Assembly (NCBI GenBank): GCA_023920165.1
Contig: CP089274.1
Span: 4,526,001 to 4,590,000, forward strand
Length of the DNA: 64,000 bases
Direction of reading: 5' to 3'
DNA from: Curvularia clavata
Taxonomy: Eukaryota
Numbering within the stretch: position 1 is the stretch's first letter; each line of letters opens with the position of its first letter. The translations under genes and the position numbers were made by a program. The notes beneath the pieces are model-generated. The model ran no database searches, had not been told where the DNA came from, and saw only the letters and a program-made list of their open reading frames with translations. Of the stretch, positions 45,248-58,874 are shown in pieces.

Positions 45248-47339
45248 GATTACGCGGCGGGTGGGTGAGAGTTCGGATGAGATGGTTGGGTGAGGGGCTG
45301 ATTGTGATGGTAATCCAGGGAGTTCGACCACAACAATGGTAGGACAAAGAGGATTAGCTCGGAGATGTTATGGGAGAGGTGCGGAGATGTAACAGGAAGA
45401 TGTTCGGTCGAGGTGGAGGAGCGTGGAGTATTAACTATGGATATTGCGATGCGAGGCTGAAGAACGGTGGGAGGCGAGAGAAGAGCGAAGAAGAATGGGC
45501 GGCGGCTGGGTCAGACAAGAAGACGGACGGCTGGTCGACGACAAGTGGCCCATGCGCCGTCCACTTCATGGGTCGACTTTGTCTCATTGGCCATGGGCTT
45601 TGCCACACGCACGCGCGCTTTACTCAATCCGAGCGCACGAAAGTTAGGGGGCGTCTGTGTGGTGTCAAGCGCCGCCGGGCGGCCCAACCACTCGTCCCCC
45701 AGCGCTGCACACCAGCGGCGTGAACAGCGAGCAGCGAGCGTCGACGGTCAATCAAGAGCCGCCCGGCTGCAGCGAGCTTCGAGGTCGAGGTCGAGGCGAC
45801 CATGGTGGTCGTGGGTGTGGCCGTGGGCGAAGGCGCGCAAGAGAACAAGCCCCCAGTCGCCCGCCCTAAAGCGGCGCATTATCAAACAACATTATGCGAC
45901 GCCTGTGTGCGCTAAGAGTTGCCAGCCCAGCGAGCGAGGCTGTGAGTTGGCGGGCGTGACCAGCGACCTGCGCCTGCGCCCTGACCGCTTCTTCCGAGCC
46001 TGTACCGTCGCCAGGGGAATGCATGCCTTGAGCAGCTAGCCCTATCAGTGCTGCGAGCTCCCCGACGATGCGCTGTCGGCAAGGGCGGCCGCATCCCAAG
46101 GGCGCATCCCGCAGTCCTCTTGTCGTCTGGGTCGTTGTTGTCGTTGCAGCGCTAAGGCAAAGCCATGGCTGTGCCTGTCGCCAGCCAGCCAGCTCGCCAT
46201 GGTGGTTGAGGGGCTCCAGGGATCCGCGAGCCATGGCCCGGCGGATACCGCACATCGCTTCCTTGTCGGGACAGCCGGCCTCTGTTCTGGAATGACAGCC
46301 ATGTGTTGTGATGTCGATATGGCCGTCACCGGCAGGAGGGGCTTCGTTGACGGCCCATGGCGACAACTCTGCGACCTCTCTCATCCATCTGGCGCCGTCG
46401 TGGCCCCCTCGACCGCCCTCGACCTCGACCGCCAGCACACAGACGGGCCTGCGATGCGAGACATTTCCTTCTGCCAGTGTTTCCGAACACGCCCGGGCCC
46501 GCACCAGCACGAGACCAAAATAGCGCTCACTCTTGGTTCTCTCCGGCCCGGGCGCCCAGTGATCGGCACCCTCCACCACCTAGGCCTTGTCCCAGTCCTG
46601 GTAATGGATGTTCGCGCATTCCGTCACTCCATCTTCGCATGATGCACTATCGCCACGATGCTCCCACCGTTGGCTGCGAATCGTGCTGCTGCTTTATCGC
46701 TCCCTCGGCGGCCGTTCCCCTCAAGCAAAACATGTCTGTGACAGGCCAAGCCCGGGCGCATGAAAGGAGCCCTACAAGCTCGAAACACGCTCATTTGCCC
46801 ATCTGCCCGCCCTCTGGGGACGGCAACTCGACGCGCCTGTAGTCAACACACATGTGAAGGCAGTGGCAGCAAGCTCCGGCCTATTGAGCGCAGAGCTACG
46901 ACTAGTCGCTGAGCGCCGCCCTGTAATACGCCTGCTGACTGTCGCTACTTTGGGTGCTGACCACCATAAATGTCTTGACCTTTCAAGGCCCTGCACGCAC
47001 CGCGCCGGGTGGCACAGGGCAGCAGTTGCTGCTGAGGCGCCCTGCTGCGCCTTCGTGGCGCATGGGCATGGGCACGCTTGCCCTCTGTTTGGAGAGTAGC
47101 ATTACCCATGCCCACCGTTGACGCCATGTCAAAGACACAAAGCCATCGGAAACGGTGGTTAAGCAGACGATCCATGTTGCTGTAGCCACTGCTCAACATG
47201 ATTAGCTGGCGCCCATGTTCTGGGGTACGGAACGTCAAACTTCTCTGCATTACCCAATGACCGTGTTCCAATGGTACCATCTATATCCGATCCCAAGCAC
47301 TGAACTCCTAAAAGCGAGACCGAGCGCAACGGCACGTTG

Positions 47340-48308
47340 CTATTTGTCCAGGCCTCTAGCCTTGACGAACTTTGCAATCTGGTCCTTGCACGTCTTATCG
47401 GTATAGGATTCCCAGACTTCGTATAGCGAAATCAGCTCTTGCGTGCACTCAACAACAGCCTCAATATCCACATTGCTCTCTGCGAGCCAGTCCACCAGCT
47501 TCTGTATCCGCGCCTGCATGCCCTGGCCGCCTCGCGCGTTGCCGAGCGTTTGCAGTGCGCTGCTCATTCCCGCTGCATTGACCTGCGAGCCAATGGGTTT
47601 CAAGACGACTGCTAGGAACATTGCCGTGATTGCAATCACGTGAGGAGCGTGGAGGAGAGGGAGATCAGTGAGATAGTGGTCGTTAATGATGGACCATGCC
47701 AACGCATTCTCCTCCTGCGTTAGTTGAAACTGAGTCTGCAGTTCGGCAAGGCTGCGGTATGGATGGTGGAGAATTAGCTGCGAGTTCATTTCTGATATGA
47801 GCGAGAACTCGCATTCACCAATCTTGGAAATATCGTTGAATGATGTATCTGTAGCCTAGTTAGACATGTTTGATACGCGTTTGGCCGTGTTGTTCACCCC
47901 AGCAGTGGCGTGCCTCGGCCAGCACCATCCTAATGTGCTGCGGGCATTCCTCCATCTTGCAGGCTAGGTACAAGGCTGTGGCCAGCACCAGTGCCGGGTT
48001 CGTCCTTCGAATCTCAACTTTCGTATAGAAGCGCCGTACGTAGACCTGCGCAGTAGCCAAGGCCTGTTGTCGGACGCCTAGGGGCCTAGCCATTTTCGAC
48101 AGTTCTGTCTGTATTAGCTGGGTCACAGGACTGCTACACATGGCTTACGGTGAGAGAAGTAGATGCTGAGATGCCTTCGATCCGGAAGAGGATACAGGTT
48201 GACGAGATTGCGCTCTGCATCTTCCATCCGCTTGCGTTCAAGAGCCAGGTCTTGCTTGGTGAAAGTCCAGAACTTGCGCTGGGTAGACTCCCAGTAGCTG
48301 GAAGACAT
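47340..48308 (-). CDS. SSN8: Cyclin C, Mediator kinase-module subunit; introns 47849-47897 and 48105-48148
   Basis: YWESTQ...[66 protein letters not shown]. Confidence 0.96.
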
Positions 48309-48869
48309 GTTGGCGGCCTGCTCCTTCTTAACACGTTCGTTGGTGTTTGATGGCGGATACCAGCCGTCTATCGCGTGCTATCTATACTTATTTCTTTCAA
48401 GTTGTTTGATCTGTGTCACGAGTGAGGAGGAATCGTCTCCGGCGGGTCGTTTGATGAAGTCTCAGGCTAGTGCAATGATAAAAAGGAGACAACCTGCCTG
48501 CAAAAGTAGACTACAGCTTGCACAAGCGAAGGCTCTGGATAAAACTAAGAGTTACGGTTGTTGGAAAGCACAGAAAGGGACAGAAGGAGCGGGTAGTTGT
48601 CTAGCCCAATCATATGCAAGCGAATGCCGCTGTCGTGGTTGCAGCTTCCACTTTCCTCGGCGGTTGCGGCATGGCATCTAGGACTAGCCTCTTTTAGCCC
48701 GCCTCCAAGCTTTCAGAGTGACTTCATACCCCACGTCCCAGTCCCTACGAGCTTATATCCTATCTGACTGCCATTCTACCCGTACTCCGCCTCGTCCCGG
48801 TGTCCGCAGCCGCCCTTCCCTCGCGTGTCGCGACCTCAGCCATGATAGACCGAAGATAGCAGGACGACA

Positions 48870-51027
48870 ATGGACACACAAAGCGCAAGCGTTACCGACG
48901 CCAGGGTGGACAAACTATGGTCGACGCTCGACACGCGCAAACAGGGCCACCTCGATCTTGCGGGTCTTAAAAAGGGTCTGCGCAAGCTGGATCATCGTAA
49001 GGATAGACACGCTTCACATTGATTGCTGCGCTAACAGGACACGGTAGCCTTGAAAAATGCGGACCAGCTGCTTGATGAGGTGATGGAGGCTGTCGATACA
49101 GACGGAAATGGGAGAATTTCGTACAACGGTGGGGTGGTTTTATAAAAGTTTGCTGAATCCCCGCGCCTTGCTGACACTTGGCTATTCAGAGTTTCGTACC
49201 TTTGTGCACGAGACCGAAAAGGAACTCCTCCGCCTCTTCCAGAGCATCGACTACAACCACGACGGAAAGATATCCAAGGAAGAGCTACGCGCTGCGCTGA
49301 GGACTGCCGGTCTCACGGTACCCAACAGCAGCCTTGAGAGTTTCTTCGCCGAAGTCGATACGAATCATGACGGAGTTATCAGTTTTGAAGAATGGCGGTA
49401 CGTAGCGGAACATGTGTCTACGGAAAGCCGGCCTGGCATCTTGTTCTTCGCACACTCTTACACAACAGTGCTGACCGACTCAAAGAGACTTTCTCCTATT
49501 CATCCCCGCCAGTGCACCGTCACTAGGCGCGGTAATGTCCTATTTTTCTGCGACGACAAAAGTAAACCAGGAGGGGGATGTGCTCATAAGTGACGACACA
49601 ATCCAAGGCCTAGGTACTGCACAGCGTTTTCTTCGTTTTCTATTTGGTTCCCTTTTCCTTGTAGCGTACACTCCGCCCTACAAACCCCTTCCACCAGAAC
49701 ACCACGCGCCGCTCGATGGGGGATCAACTTCCAACTCGGCGCTTGCCTTTCAAGGTACCCTCCCGCCACGATCTGATGAGGAGAAGACCACATCTTCTCT
49801 CGAAGAGATACGGGCAGGAATCATAGAGAGCTTAGGAACCATGCTGATTGCTTGTGTTCCCAATCCAGGCTATTTCGTGGCGGGAGGCATCGCAGGCATT
49901 GTTTCTCGTACCTCGACTGCACCCCTCGATCGTTTGAAAGTCTACCTCATAGCCCAGACGAGTGTGGCCGAGGAAGCTGTTGTCGCGGCGAAGCATGGCA
50001 ACATTGTCCGGGCTGCCATGAACGCTTGGAGACCGCTTGCTAAGGCCACCAAGGAGCTATGGCAGGCTGGCGGTATGCGCAGTCTCTATGCTGGTAAGTG
50101 TTTAGCTATTTCGAGGAGTTTTTTTTTCAGTCTGTTGGGTTGGTTTAGACTGACTAGGGTGCCAGGCAACGGCTTAAACGTGATCAAGGTGATGCCAGAA
50201 TCGGCTATCAAATTTGGTTCTTATGAGGCAAGTATACTTGAGAGTGAATGCAGCGCGCTTCTAACATTCCCAGGCTGCGAAACGGATTTTTGCTAAGATT
50301 GAAGGTCACAACGACCCTGCAACTATACACTCGTGGTCGAAGTTTGTTGCAGGAGGTCTGGCTGGTACGTGGTATAGTTTTGTCTCGTGGACACGAGTGC
50401 TAAAGACGTGTAGGAATGGTCTCACAATTCGCGGTCTATCCCATCGATACATTGAAATTGTAGGTAAAGCTTGTTTTTCGGTGCTACACCTGTCTAACTC
50501 TGTCTAGTCGCATGCAGTGTGAAACTGTCTCTGGCGGTTTACATGGCAACCGCTTGATTTTCGCCACCGCAAAGAAGATGTGGAATACAGGAGGCATTGC
50601 CGCATACTACCGAGGATTACCCATGGGCATTTTTGGCATCTTTCCCTACGCCGCACTCGACTTGGGTACATTTGAGTATCTCAAGCGCTACGTGGCCCGG
50701 CGTAACGCGAAGAGGCTCGGGTGCCACGAGCAGGACGCAGAACCCGGTGGCTTCATGACGGCAGCTATTGGCGGATTCTCTGGTGCATTCGGAGCCAGTG
50801 CCGTATACCCGCTCAACCTCCTTCGGACACGGTTACAGAGCCAAGGCACAGTACTGCATCCCAGGACTTACACTGGCATCATGGACGTGACGAGGCAGAC
50901 GATTGCTGGTGAGGGCGTGAGGGGCCTGTTCAAGGGCCTCACGCCAAACCTGCTCAAAGTAGTTCCTGCCGTGTCGATTACCTATGTCGTATACGACAAG
51001 TCGAAGCGAGCCATTGGTATACCGTGA
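48870..51027 (+). CDS. SAL1: Ca2+-binding mitochondrial ATP-Mg/Pi carrier (SCaMC/Sal1), multi-exon
   Basis: EF-hands DTDGNGRISY.EF, DYNHDGKISKEEL, DTNHDGVISFEEW. Carrier motifs TAPLDRLK, KVMPESAIKFGSYE, YPIDTLK, YPLNLLRTRLQ, PNLLKVVPAVSI. Confidence 0.95.
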
Positions 51028-51714
51028 GCGGCTATGTGGAAGTGTAGCGTTAGGTCCCGATACAGCGGGGTGGCTGACCACGTATACATGGCCAGGCTGT
51101 CGTACATGAACAACATGCCGAGTCTGTGCTAGTCTAATCGCATGCTCGGATGCTTGGATCCTTTGAGAGACGAGAGAGAGCGCGACTGTTTTTCGTTTGC
51201 ATATACCAAGACAATGATACCCCCTCCGCAAGTGTGCCCGAAATCGAGAAGAAATGCATGGTTATTGTATCTACTGAAGGAGCAAAAAAAATTTAAAAAT
51301 GTACTTGCGGTTGAGTACGTGTCAGCATGGAGTGTTTCGACAACTTGAGCATTGTTGGGTAGGTTCGGCTGTTGCTGGGTTTCTATTTGCATGCAGATGA
51401 TGCACAACCCACGACAGAGACAACGAATGACGAAGAACAAGAAGAATAACACCTTTTTTACACCTGTATTATATCTACAAAGAGGCAAATGCAGTATAAT
51501 CAACTACTGCAGAAAAATAAAACGAAGCGCTCAAGATACACAAGTTGTAATGATGGTGAGATGGATAATAGTGTAACTCTACCGCCTCCAAAAAAAACGC
51601 CATGACATGCCATTAGTATTACAGCGCCCGCTTGTTTCACTATGGCTCCCAAATCCCAAAATGATAATAATCAAGTGGAAAATAACTTGAGAAAAAAAAA
51701 ACGAAGCAGAAATC

Positions 51715-52566
51715 TCACTTCGTAATGACAATCAACAACACCAGGATGATGATCAGAACGACAATAATCGTCAAACTCCAATTATCCTTGGCTTTTCTAG
51801 AAAACCTATCCAGACGGCCACGGGCACGACTGAACTGTGCTTGATGGCGATCGACACCCTCCTCGACATCGTCAAGCAACATGACGTGGTCATCTAGCTC
51901 GTTGCCTATCTGCATGCTGAGTTCGCGCTGGCGGGAGATACTTTCTCCCAAGCGGTCAAGCTGGTCATCCTGGTCGCGCAGAACCTGGCTGTGGTACTCG
52001 TGAATCTGCTGGTTGTCGAGGTGCGATTGGTCTGGTGAGGCCTCTGGGTCCTCTGGGTTGTCGCGGTAGGGGAACAGGGCGGAGCGATTAGCAGCGTCAT
52101 CGTCCGTGGGGTTGTCGCTGAAGCGTACGGATTTGGATCTGCTAGTGCTGCGGATACTGCTGTTCTTGTTCGTCTTCTGTGCGGCGCTAAAGTCTGCGGC
52201 GAGAGATGGGTCGTTGGGGGTGGTCAGGGTGGGCGACGAGGGAGAGGCCGAGTGGTCGAATTGCGCGCTGAGTTCGGCTAGTTGGGCGCGCAGGCGGGGC
52301 AGTTGCGAAGTTATGGATCTGAGAAGCGTGTATGCGTTGGCAAAGGGGAATGCATATATGTGTGTGGTGGTTGCTTACTCGTCCGATGTGTCTTGGACTT
52401 GGGACTCGAGCGATTCAATGCCCGACCGCAGTTGCTCGAGCGAACGCGAGATCTGGCCATCCTGGCTATTGGAAGGAAGGTTGAGCGACAGGGCGCGCTG
52501 CCGCTCGAGCAGGGAGAGCTTGATGTGGTCGGCGAGAAGGAATAGTTGCGGGGGGTTGGTCGTCAT
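51715..52566 (-). CDS. SYN8: Syntaxin-8-like Qc-SNARE; intron 52319-52378
   Basis: LFLLADHIKLSLLERQRA, KSVRFSD, SNARE motif QDDQLDRLGESISRQRELSMQIGNELD, C-terminal transmembrane helix. Confidence 0.92.
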
Positions 52567-53034
52567 GGCTGCGGGTGCTGGTGTTGTCGTGGTGGTTGGG
52601 GGATGGGCGGCTAGATGAATGGATGCGGTAGGGTAGTGTACCAAGGACAGGCAGTCCGGAGCCAGCGACGGCGATAATGCCGCGGATATGCAGTTCAAGG
52701 ATCCGGGCCAGTGTATGGAGGATGCGGATACACGGGGTGTTGCAGCAGCTTGGGCGGGTGTGGAGACGGGACGTCTGCAAGGCTGGAGGTGACGACAAGC
52801 ACTCCACTTACTACTTGCACGTGGGCCGATTGGCCGAGAGGGCATCTAAGAGCCGGCTGCAGGGCGACTCCAACATGCCGCCTGCGCTGCTCTACTTTTG
52901 GGGCCATGTGCATGCCTGACCGCCCTACGTTCCCCATATTTGCTTCTGGCGCTCGTCTGCTGCCAGAATAAAACGACGCGCCAGGCCTATCATTGATTCC
53001 CCCACTATCTCTCTCTCCTCCACCTCACCACCAC

Positions 53035-54604
53035 ATGTCGTCTCTCGGCCCCATCCCGTTTCCAGCCGACCGCCGGTCGTCGCGCTCCTCCAGCGCCGCT
53101 AACGAGCACGATGAGAGAATGACGGTCGGTGGTCCTCCTGGTAGCCCTTCGCCGCTGGCTCTGCGTGTCTCAAACTCACCTTCCTCCAAGCGTCGACCCA
53201 GCCGCCTTGTCAAAGTCCCGCCCGAGTTCCAGAACCTCGAGTACCTCACCGAGCCTGACAGCAACCTCGTCTGCCTCATCTGCCATACACCCTTTGACAA
53301 GCCAGTTCAGCTCGCTTGTGAACACTACTTTTGCCGCGAATGTCTCGACCATGCCTGGGCGCCCCAGCCACACGGCCGCCGAACCTGTCCCACATGCCGC
53401 CGTGCTGTTGAAACCGACGACGACATACGCCCGGTGCCCAAGATTGTCGAAACTATGCTCGACGAACTTGTGGTCAAGTGTCCAAACACAAAGGCTGGTT
53501 GTAGCTGGCAGGCCCAGCGAGTCAATGTGCGCGACCATGTTATGCTGTACTGTGAATACACCCCCGTCATGTGCTCATCGGTAGACTGCCGCTTGCCGAC
53601 AACCCAGAAAGATTTCCACAAAGGTTGCCTGCACTACACTGTGAGCTGCGAAGACTGTCACACTTCACTCATGAAGAGGGATCTCGAGGTAAGCTTGGTC
53701 TACAACGATGTGTGTACAGCGACTAATTACTGCTATGACGTAGGAGCACCAGCGAAGTACCTGCGCAAACCGCCTAACTTCCTGCACACTTTGCTCCGCC
53801 GAGGTACTCCGTCTAGACCTCAAGCCACACATCAATAACGAATGCCCCAAACATGTCATCTCATGTCAGGGAACTATTGTGGGATGCAAGTTCCATGCCG
53901 AGCGTGCCCAAGTCATGGCTCATGAAACTACTTGTCCAATGGCGACAATGGCGCCGCATTTCCGTGAGCAGCAAGCCCGGATCGAGAGGAGCGAAGCGCG
54001 CATGGAGCCCCTCGCAAGGAAGGTTGGCATACTCGAAGACGGCCTTGCAAATATCACAAACTACCTATATCCGGCCAATGGAAACGACGCTTCCTTCCCT
54101 GTCACCGACCCCTTGAATGCCAACGACGCTGACCCTCAAGCGCCAACACCAGACTTCCGCCTGCCACCAGCTTCATTTCCGCCTGTTCCATCAACAAATG
54201 ACAGCAACTCTGCTCAACCGCCTTTCGACTCGCAGATCCACCATCTCCTTACGCTGCACGATTCCCTTCGGGAGGAAGTCTCTCGCATTGCCAATGCCCT
54301 TACTGACCTGGATGGACGCACTAACATGATGATCATCAACGAGAGCCAGCGCGCCAAAGACGAAATGCTGCACGTCAATGCCGCCATCAGCAACATGCGC
54401 ATGCATCTCCAGTGGGTCGTCAGTGCAACCCTCCAGCAACGCTCAAACGCCGCTGGCAACTCCCGGACTCCAGCCACAACGGCCGCAAGTGTAAGCGGCA
54501 ACAATGCAACACGGGCCAGTGGCGCCAGGCCGGGACCCAGCGTCATGTCTCAAGGGCCTTTTCGACGTCCGAGTGACACCAACAGGCAGGACACCAAGTT
54601 GTAG
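53035..54604 (+). CDS. RING + TRAF-type zinc-finger protein (probable E3 ligase); intron 53689-53743
   Basis: C3HC4 RING CLIC...CEHYFCREC...CPTC, L.VKCPN...GC.W......H....C, further Cys/His fingers, then a coiled coil. No MATH domain seen. Confidence 0.9.
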
Positions 54605-55926
54605 TCTGTCAATTTCTTCTTCTTTGTTTAACCATTAACCGCAGGTTTGTTTATGACATGACATGAATATCACGGAAAGTAGAATCCGAGGCGTTTTTTT
54701 CTTCTCTTCTTCTCTAAACTACAAAAGAGCATGCTGGACAGTGGTGGTGCTTGCAGTGGACCTGGTGTTCACCTATACTATTTCTATCTTCGTCGAGGAG
54801 TTTAACGGAAACCAGGCTTACAAATATGGAATGTAGATATACCCCCCTTTTCCTCCTCTATTGGATTCTACACGGGAGATGCGTAGGATGGAGAGTGTAG
54901 TAGAGAAGACGACGCGTTGGTAAAGGTAGAATGAGATGAAATGAGAATACTATGAATATGAGCCTCTCTTGGTATCCTGTTTCAAAGCGTGAGAATGCTG
55001 ATGCTAGAGCTTGCTGAAACGATCAGATTAGGTGACCATATCAAAGGTACATCTTGGAACTGAACATATGTATAGTAACCACAGAGAACTTTCGTTTACT
55101 ATCAATATTAACCAAGGACATTGTAGCTTTGAGTACCGAAGCAGACCGAGCTCACATCACACTCAAGCAAAAACCAAAAATCGTTTTAAAAAACACTCCG
55201 TTCCACACACGTGCCCTTGTCGCAACAATAACTCATACAAAGTCCAGAATCCTTCTACATCATTAACAACGCCTCCGCTTCTAGAAACAGGCTCCATGCC
55301 TTTTCACCTCCTTGTGATTGTATCCCATGCAAGTCTCTGATTCCTTTACCAAGCTCTTCTACCTCTTTGTTTAGTACCTCTCGGGTCTTCCTCATTTAAA
55401 TTACTGTTTCTGAAGGCGGCCATACTACTCTCCCCAAAACCCTCTGAAGTGAGATTTTGGGAAACTGGTATTCTGGAAACAGCAGGTCCGGTAAGATTGG
55501 CTGCACAATCTGGACGCATGTAGGGTGACTGCAGCTGTTCATCTCTAGGCGTTCGTTGTATATCCTGTTGACTATGCCCAGAAGCAAAGCTTCTCCAAGA
55601 GGTGGTCTTCCATCGACGATGTATTCTTCTTGACATGCATGTTTGTGCAGAGGAAGCCTCAAAGACGTGAAGTTTCGAATCGATTTCGGTTTTTTCTTAG
55701 GGCGGATTCTCTGATCGTGTTGCTCCGGCAATTGTCGATTTCCCTGGAAGGTGTGTTTGTCCCTGGGAGACTGTATGAATGAATGTCTCCTCGCCCAGAT
55801 ACATTGGAAGGACGTCATTGCGTCCCACGGGTTCGGCTATCGCCACCCGACTTGGCCACCAGGAGGATGTCAGAGACGTCAGTTCTGCGCCCAGAGACAT
55901 TTTGGCACAACATAAATGCCACAAAC

Positions 55927-56804
55927 TCATGTGGATGGACCGGCTTGAACGCTTCCATAACCTCCCCTATTCCCAAAGCCCCGTCCACCGCCCCGAGCAG
56001 GCCCTTGAGGCTGGCGGACTGGCTTCTCTTGCGTGTTTGGCGTTGACGGACGACTCGTACTAGATTCCTTCTTTTGAAGGTGGACAGAACCCGGCTTGGG
56101 GGTGTAGCTAGGATTGAAGAGCTGGCGTGCGGGAGCTGCTCCTCGTGCTGGAGACTGTTCGTTGCTCGATCTGGGCTGGCTGTCCCTTCCGCCACGTCCT
56201 CGGCCCTTCCCTCTTGTGGGCTTACTCGGTGAGTTGCTGCGCGAGTCTTCGGTAGCAGAGGCAGCGGGCGAACCGAAGATACGCTCGCGTGCTTCGGCGT
56301 ACTTGCGCTCCTTTTCTGCTCGTTCTCTCTGTGCGCGTGCCTTGCGCTCCTCAAAGTCTGCTTCGGCCTTTTTCTTACGCTCCTCTTCGCTGTCGTCGTC
56401 TTCGAGGTTCATGCCCGCCATGTTGCGAGAAAGAACCTGAGGGGAGGGCTTGCGCGCGAGCATGGTGACCTTGGGTTTGAAGGTCGCTGCGACGGGTGCG
56501 GGACGTACTTCGGGGTACCATTGGGGCTCAGGATTCTCGCTTTTTCCAGATAGTCGTTAGTTGTGGATGTCGTGACGGCAGAGGAAGAACCTACGCTGCC
56601 TGCCAGAGCTGCTTGTTGAATTCGGCATGCTGGGCCTTAAGCTGTGCCTTTGTGAGTTTTGGCTTCGGCTGCTCTTCGGCTGGCTTCTCTTCTTCTTTCT
56701 ACAAGGCGTGAGCGAATGCATGCAAGGAAGAGGGGCACATGTACATCAGCGAGAGATTCCCAGTCGTCGTCCCAGGCATCGGCGAGCGCGTTCTTGGGTG
56801 CCAT
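55927..56804 (-). CDS. SUZ / SUZ-C domain protein (SZRD1-like); introns 56540-56594 and 56699-56744
   Basis: DAWDDDWE, LWQAA|ENP, PKVTMLARKP, EKERKYAEARERIFG (SUZ), PVRQPQGP..GGRGF (SUZ-C). Confidence 0.85.
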
Positions 56805-57106
56805 CTTTTGTGAAAGATTTTGTTGTTGTAGCTGTCAGGAAGAGCAAGAGGGCAGTGCTGTGCGCAAGAGTCGATTTGTACAAAGAGTTGTTCGGGTGTA
56901 CGGTTATGATGTCGCAGTCGGCAATATTTCGAAGGCTCCACCTTGGGGACCCTGGTCTGCAGCGGGAGCTAGCCACCACATCCCGCGATTAGATAGCTTC
57001 CGTCCTATGTCATTTCACTGTTGCCTCGCCCACCTGCAATCCCAGTGTTGCAGACGCCTACGCTGTCGCTAGACTCGGCTGCTATAATCTCACGACGCGC
57101 TCCACC

Positions 57107-57675
57107 ATGTCTGGTAAGTTATTCCCTCCTACACTCACCCAAATGTCTGTCAAGCGACAGCGCATAGAGCTAACGCTCCCAGACCGCGATGGAGACTCCA
57201 CCATGCACTCGTCCCCCCGCAATGCCTCGGACGACGAAATGTTTCCTGACGAGGCGCTCCCAAATCCTGCCACACCCCACAACACAAACCTCGCTGGCGT
57301 GAATGAGATCTCACCGCCAAACTCTCAGGCCCAGACTCGCGAGACATTGGGTGTAAACTCTAACGGCAAGCGCCCTTTGTCTGGCGGTGCAATGCAGTCC
57401 TCGGTTACCAGCGCTCCGGGCGCAAGCGGTACACATCACGACCCGGAGACAGGCTACCAGTGGAGCAAGCAGGAGGACCAGCCCGGCTTTGAATGGTTGA
57501 ACACAAGAGCGAGGGAAGAGGAGAACAGAGCGCTGGAAAACATCGTCGACAAGGGATACATGATCAAGCGTGAGTGACATGCTGTGAATCCAAGCAGAGC
57601 CGGTTCGCTAACATCTAAGTAGTGCGATACGGCGATCCACTAGATGCGAGTGTGACCCCGAAGCCGAAGCGTTGA
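57107..57675 (+). CDS. Small conserved fungal hypothetical protein; introns 57114-57182 and 57570-57622
   Basis: CACCATGT start, SPPNSQ, PGFEWLN.RAREE..RA...IVDK....K|LRYGDPLD. Canonical splice signals. Confidence 0.75.
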
Positions 57676-58013
57676 AGCAGAGCGTGAAGTCATGGTGCTC
57701 AACGAAGTGAACAAAAGGCTGGATTGTGGGTATTCGATGTACGGAAAGAAGAGGACCGGTACCGTTAGAGCGACGCGAACCCCGGTCACATTCTAGCGCG
57801 TTGTTACGCATTGAGCCATACGCAGAAGTATAGGAAGCATCTCTTCTATGAGCAGGTGCAATATGCCACCCAGATAGCTTTATGCTTCCCTTCATGAACA
57901 AATGTCCTGTTCAACCAGCTTTTCTTGTAGGTCCGTCAACTGTTGTTCAGACTTGTCCGTTGAAATGCCCGCCCCATGCAATGATATCTTAACGACAACA
58001 CTGAGATACTCTC

Positions 58014-58874
58014 TCAGTCACTGTCGTTGCCATCGTCATCGTCGTCATCTTCTTTGTCCTCCTTCTCTTCGAGCGGATCCTCCACCAGCCGCTCCTCCTC
58101 AATCTCCTCCTCAATCTCGTCATCCTCAACTTCCTCGTCTTCAACGTCCACCGTCTCGTCCACCTCTTCCTCCGTAACGTCTCCGTCCGCATTTTCCCCA
58201 CTCTCTCGCCTTGCCCTCTTCGCCGCCCTCTCTCCATCGTCTTCCGCCCCCTCCATGACAATATCTCCATCTGCTGCCACTTTCGTAGGCGTCAATGTTT
58301 GCGCACCCCCAGACGATGACGCCTTCTTCTCCTCGCGCACTTTTTTCCTGTACGTGTTGCGCTTATCGGCCTGTATGCTTGTGAACTTTGTGACTTCGGC
58401 TTCGAGGCGGGGCAGCATGAAGGCGAACTCGAGTTCCTGCATGGCATCGAAGACGTGGTTGGGCATGACGGTTTTCTTGCCGCTGCTGAGGGCCTTTTCC
58501 GCGGCGCTATCAATCGTCCAGTCAGTGGTTGCTCAGTAATACCGCATGGCATAAATTATAGCCATGGCAGCTGAAAGTACAGAGACATACCATGATGTGA
58601 TGTAATTCACGAATACAGTCGCACTCTTGCTCATCGCTAGTAGCGCATCTTTCTGTATCTGTGTATTCGGTGGCAGTACGCCCTTTGCCAGACGCTGCAC
58701 TATGGACTTGGGCAGGTTTAGATCCTAGAATCGCGGTGTCAGTCTGGTGCTTAGATTCTGGCTCTCCATGCGCCGCACCTCGACACCCAGACTGTCATCT
58801 CGTGGCGCTGATCTTGGTGCTGCGGGACTGGGTTCGTTCGACACGGGCGCTGCGTTGCTTTTCTTGGGAGGCAT
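58014..58874 (-). CDS. DPB4: DNA polymerase epsilon subunit D (histone fold) with acidic tail; introns 58507-58590 and 58725-58778
   Basis: GVE|DLNLPKSIVQRLAKGVLPPNTQIQKDALLAMSKSATVFVNYI, KKTVMP..VFDAM.ELEF, Asp/Glu-rich C-terminus. Confidence 0.94.

Noticed and set aside
45370..47280. Many overlapping ORFs of up to 237 aa
   Set aside because: GC-rich sequence with ORFs in all frames and no domain or codon signal. Treated as non-coding.
57114..57182. Another in-frame stop-free intron (69 nt)
   Set aside because: Short enough to be stop-free by chance and has strong canonical signals, so probably constitutive.
58027..58539. Ser-rich plus-strand ORF
   Set aside because: Antisense of the acidic Dpb4 tail.
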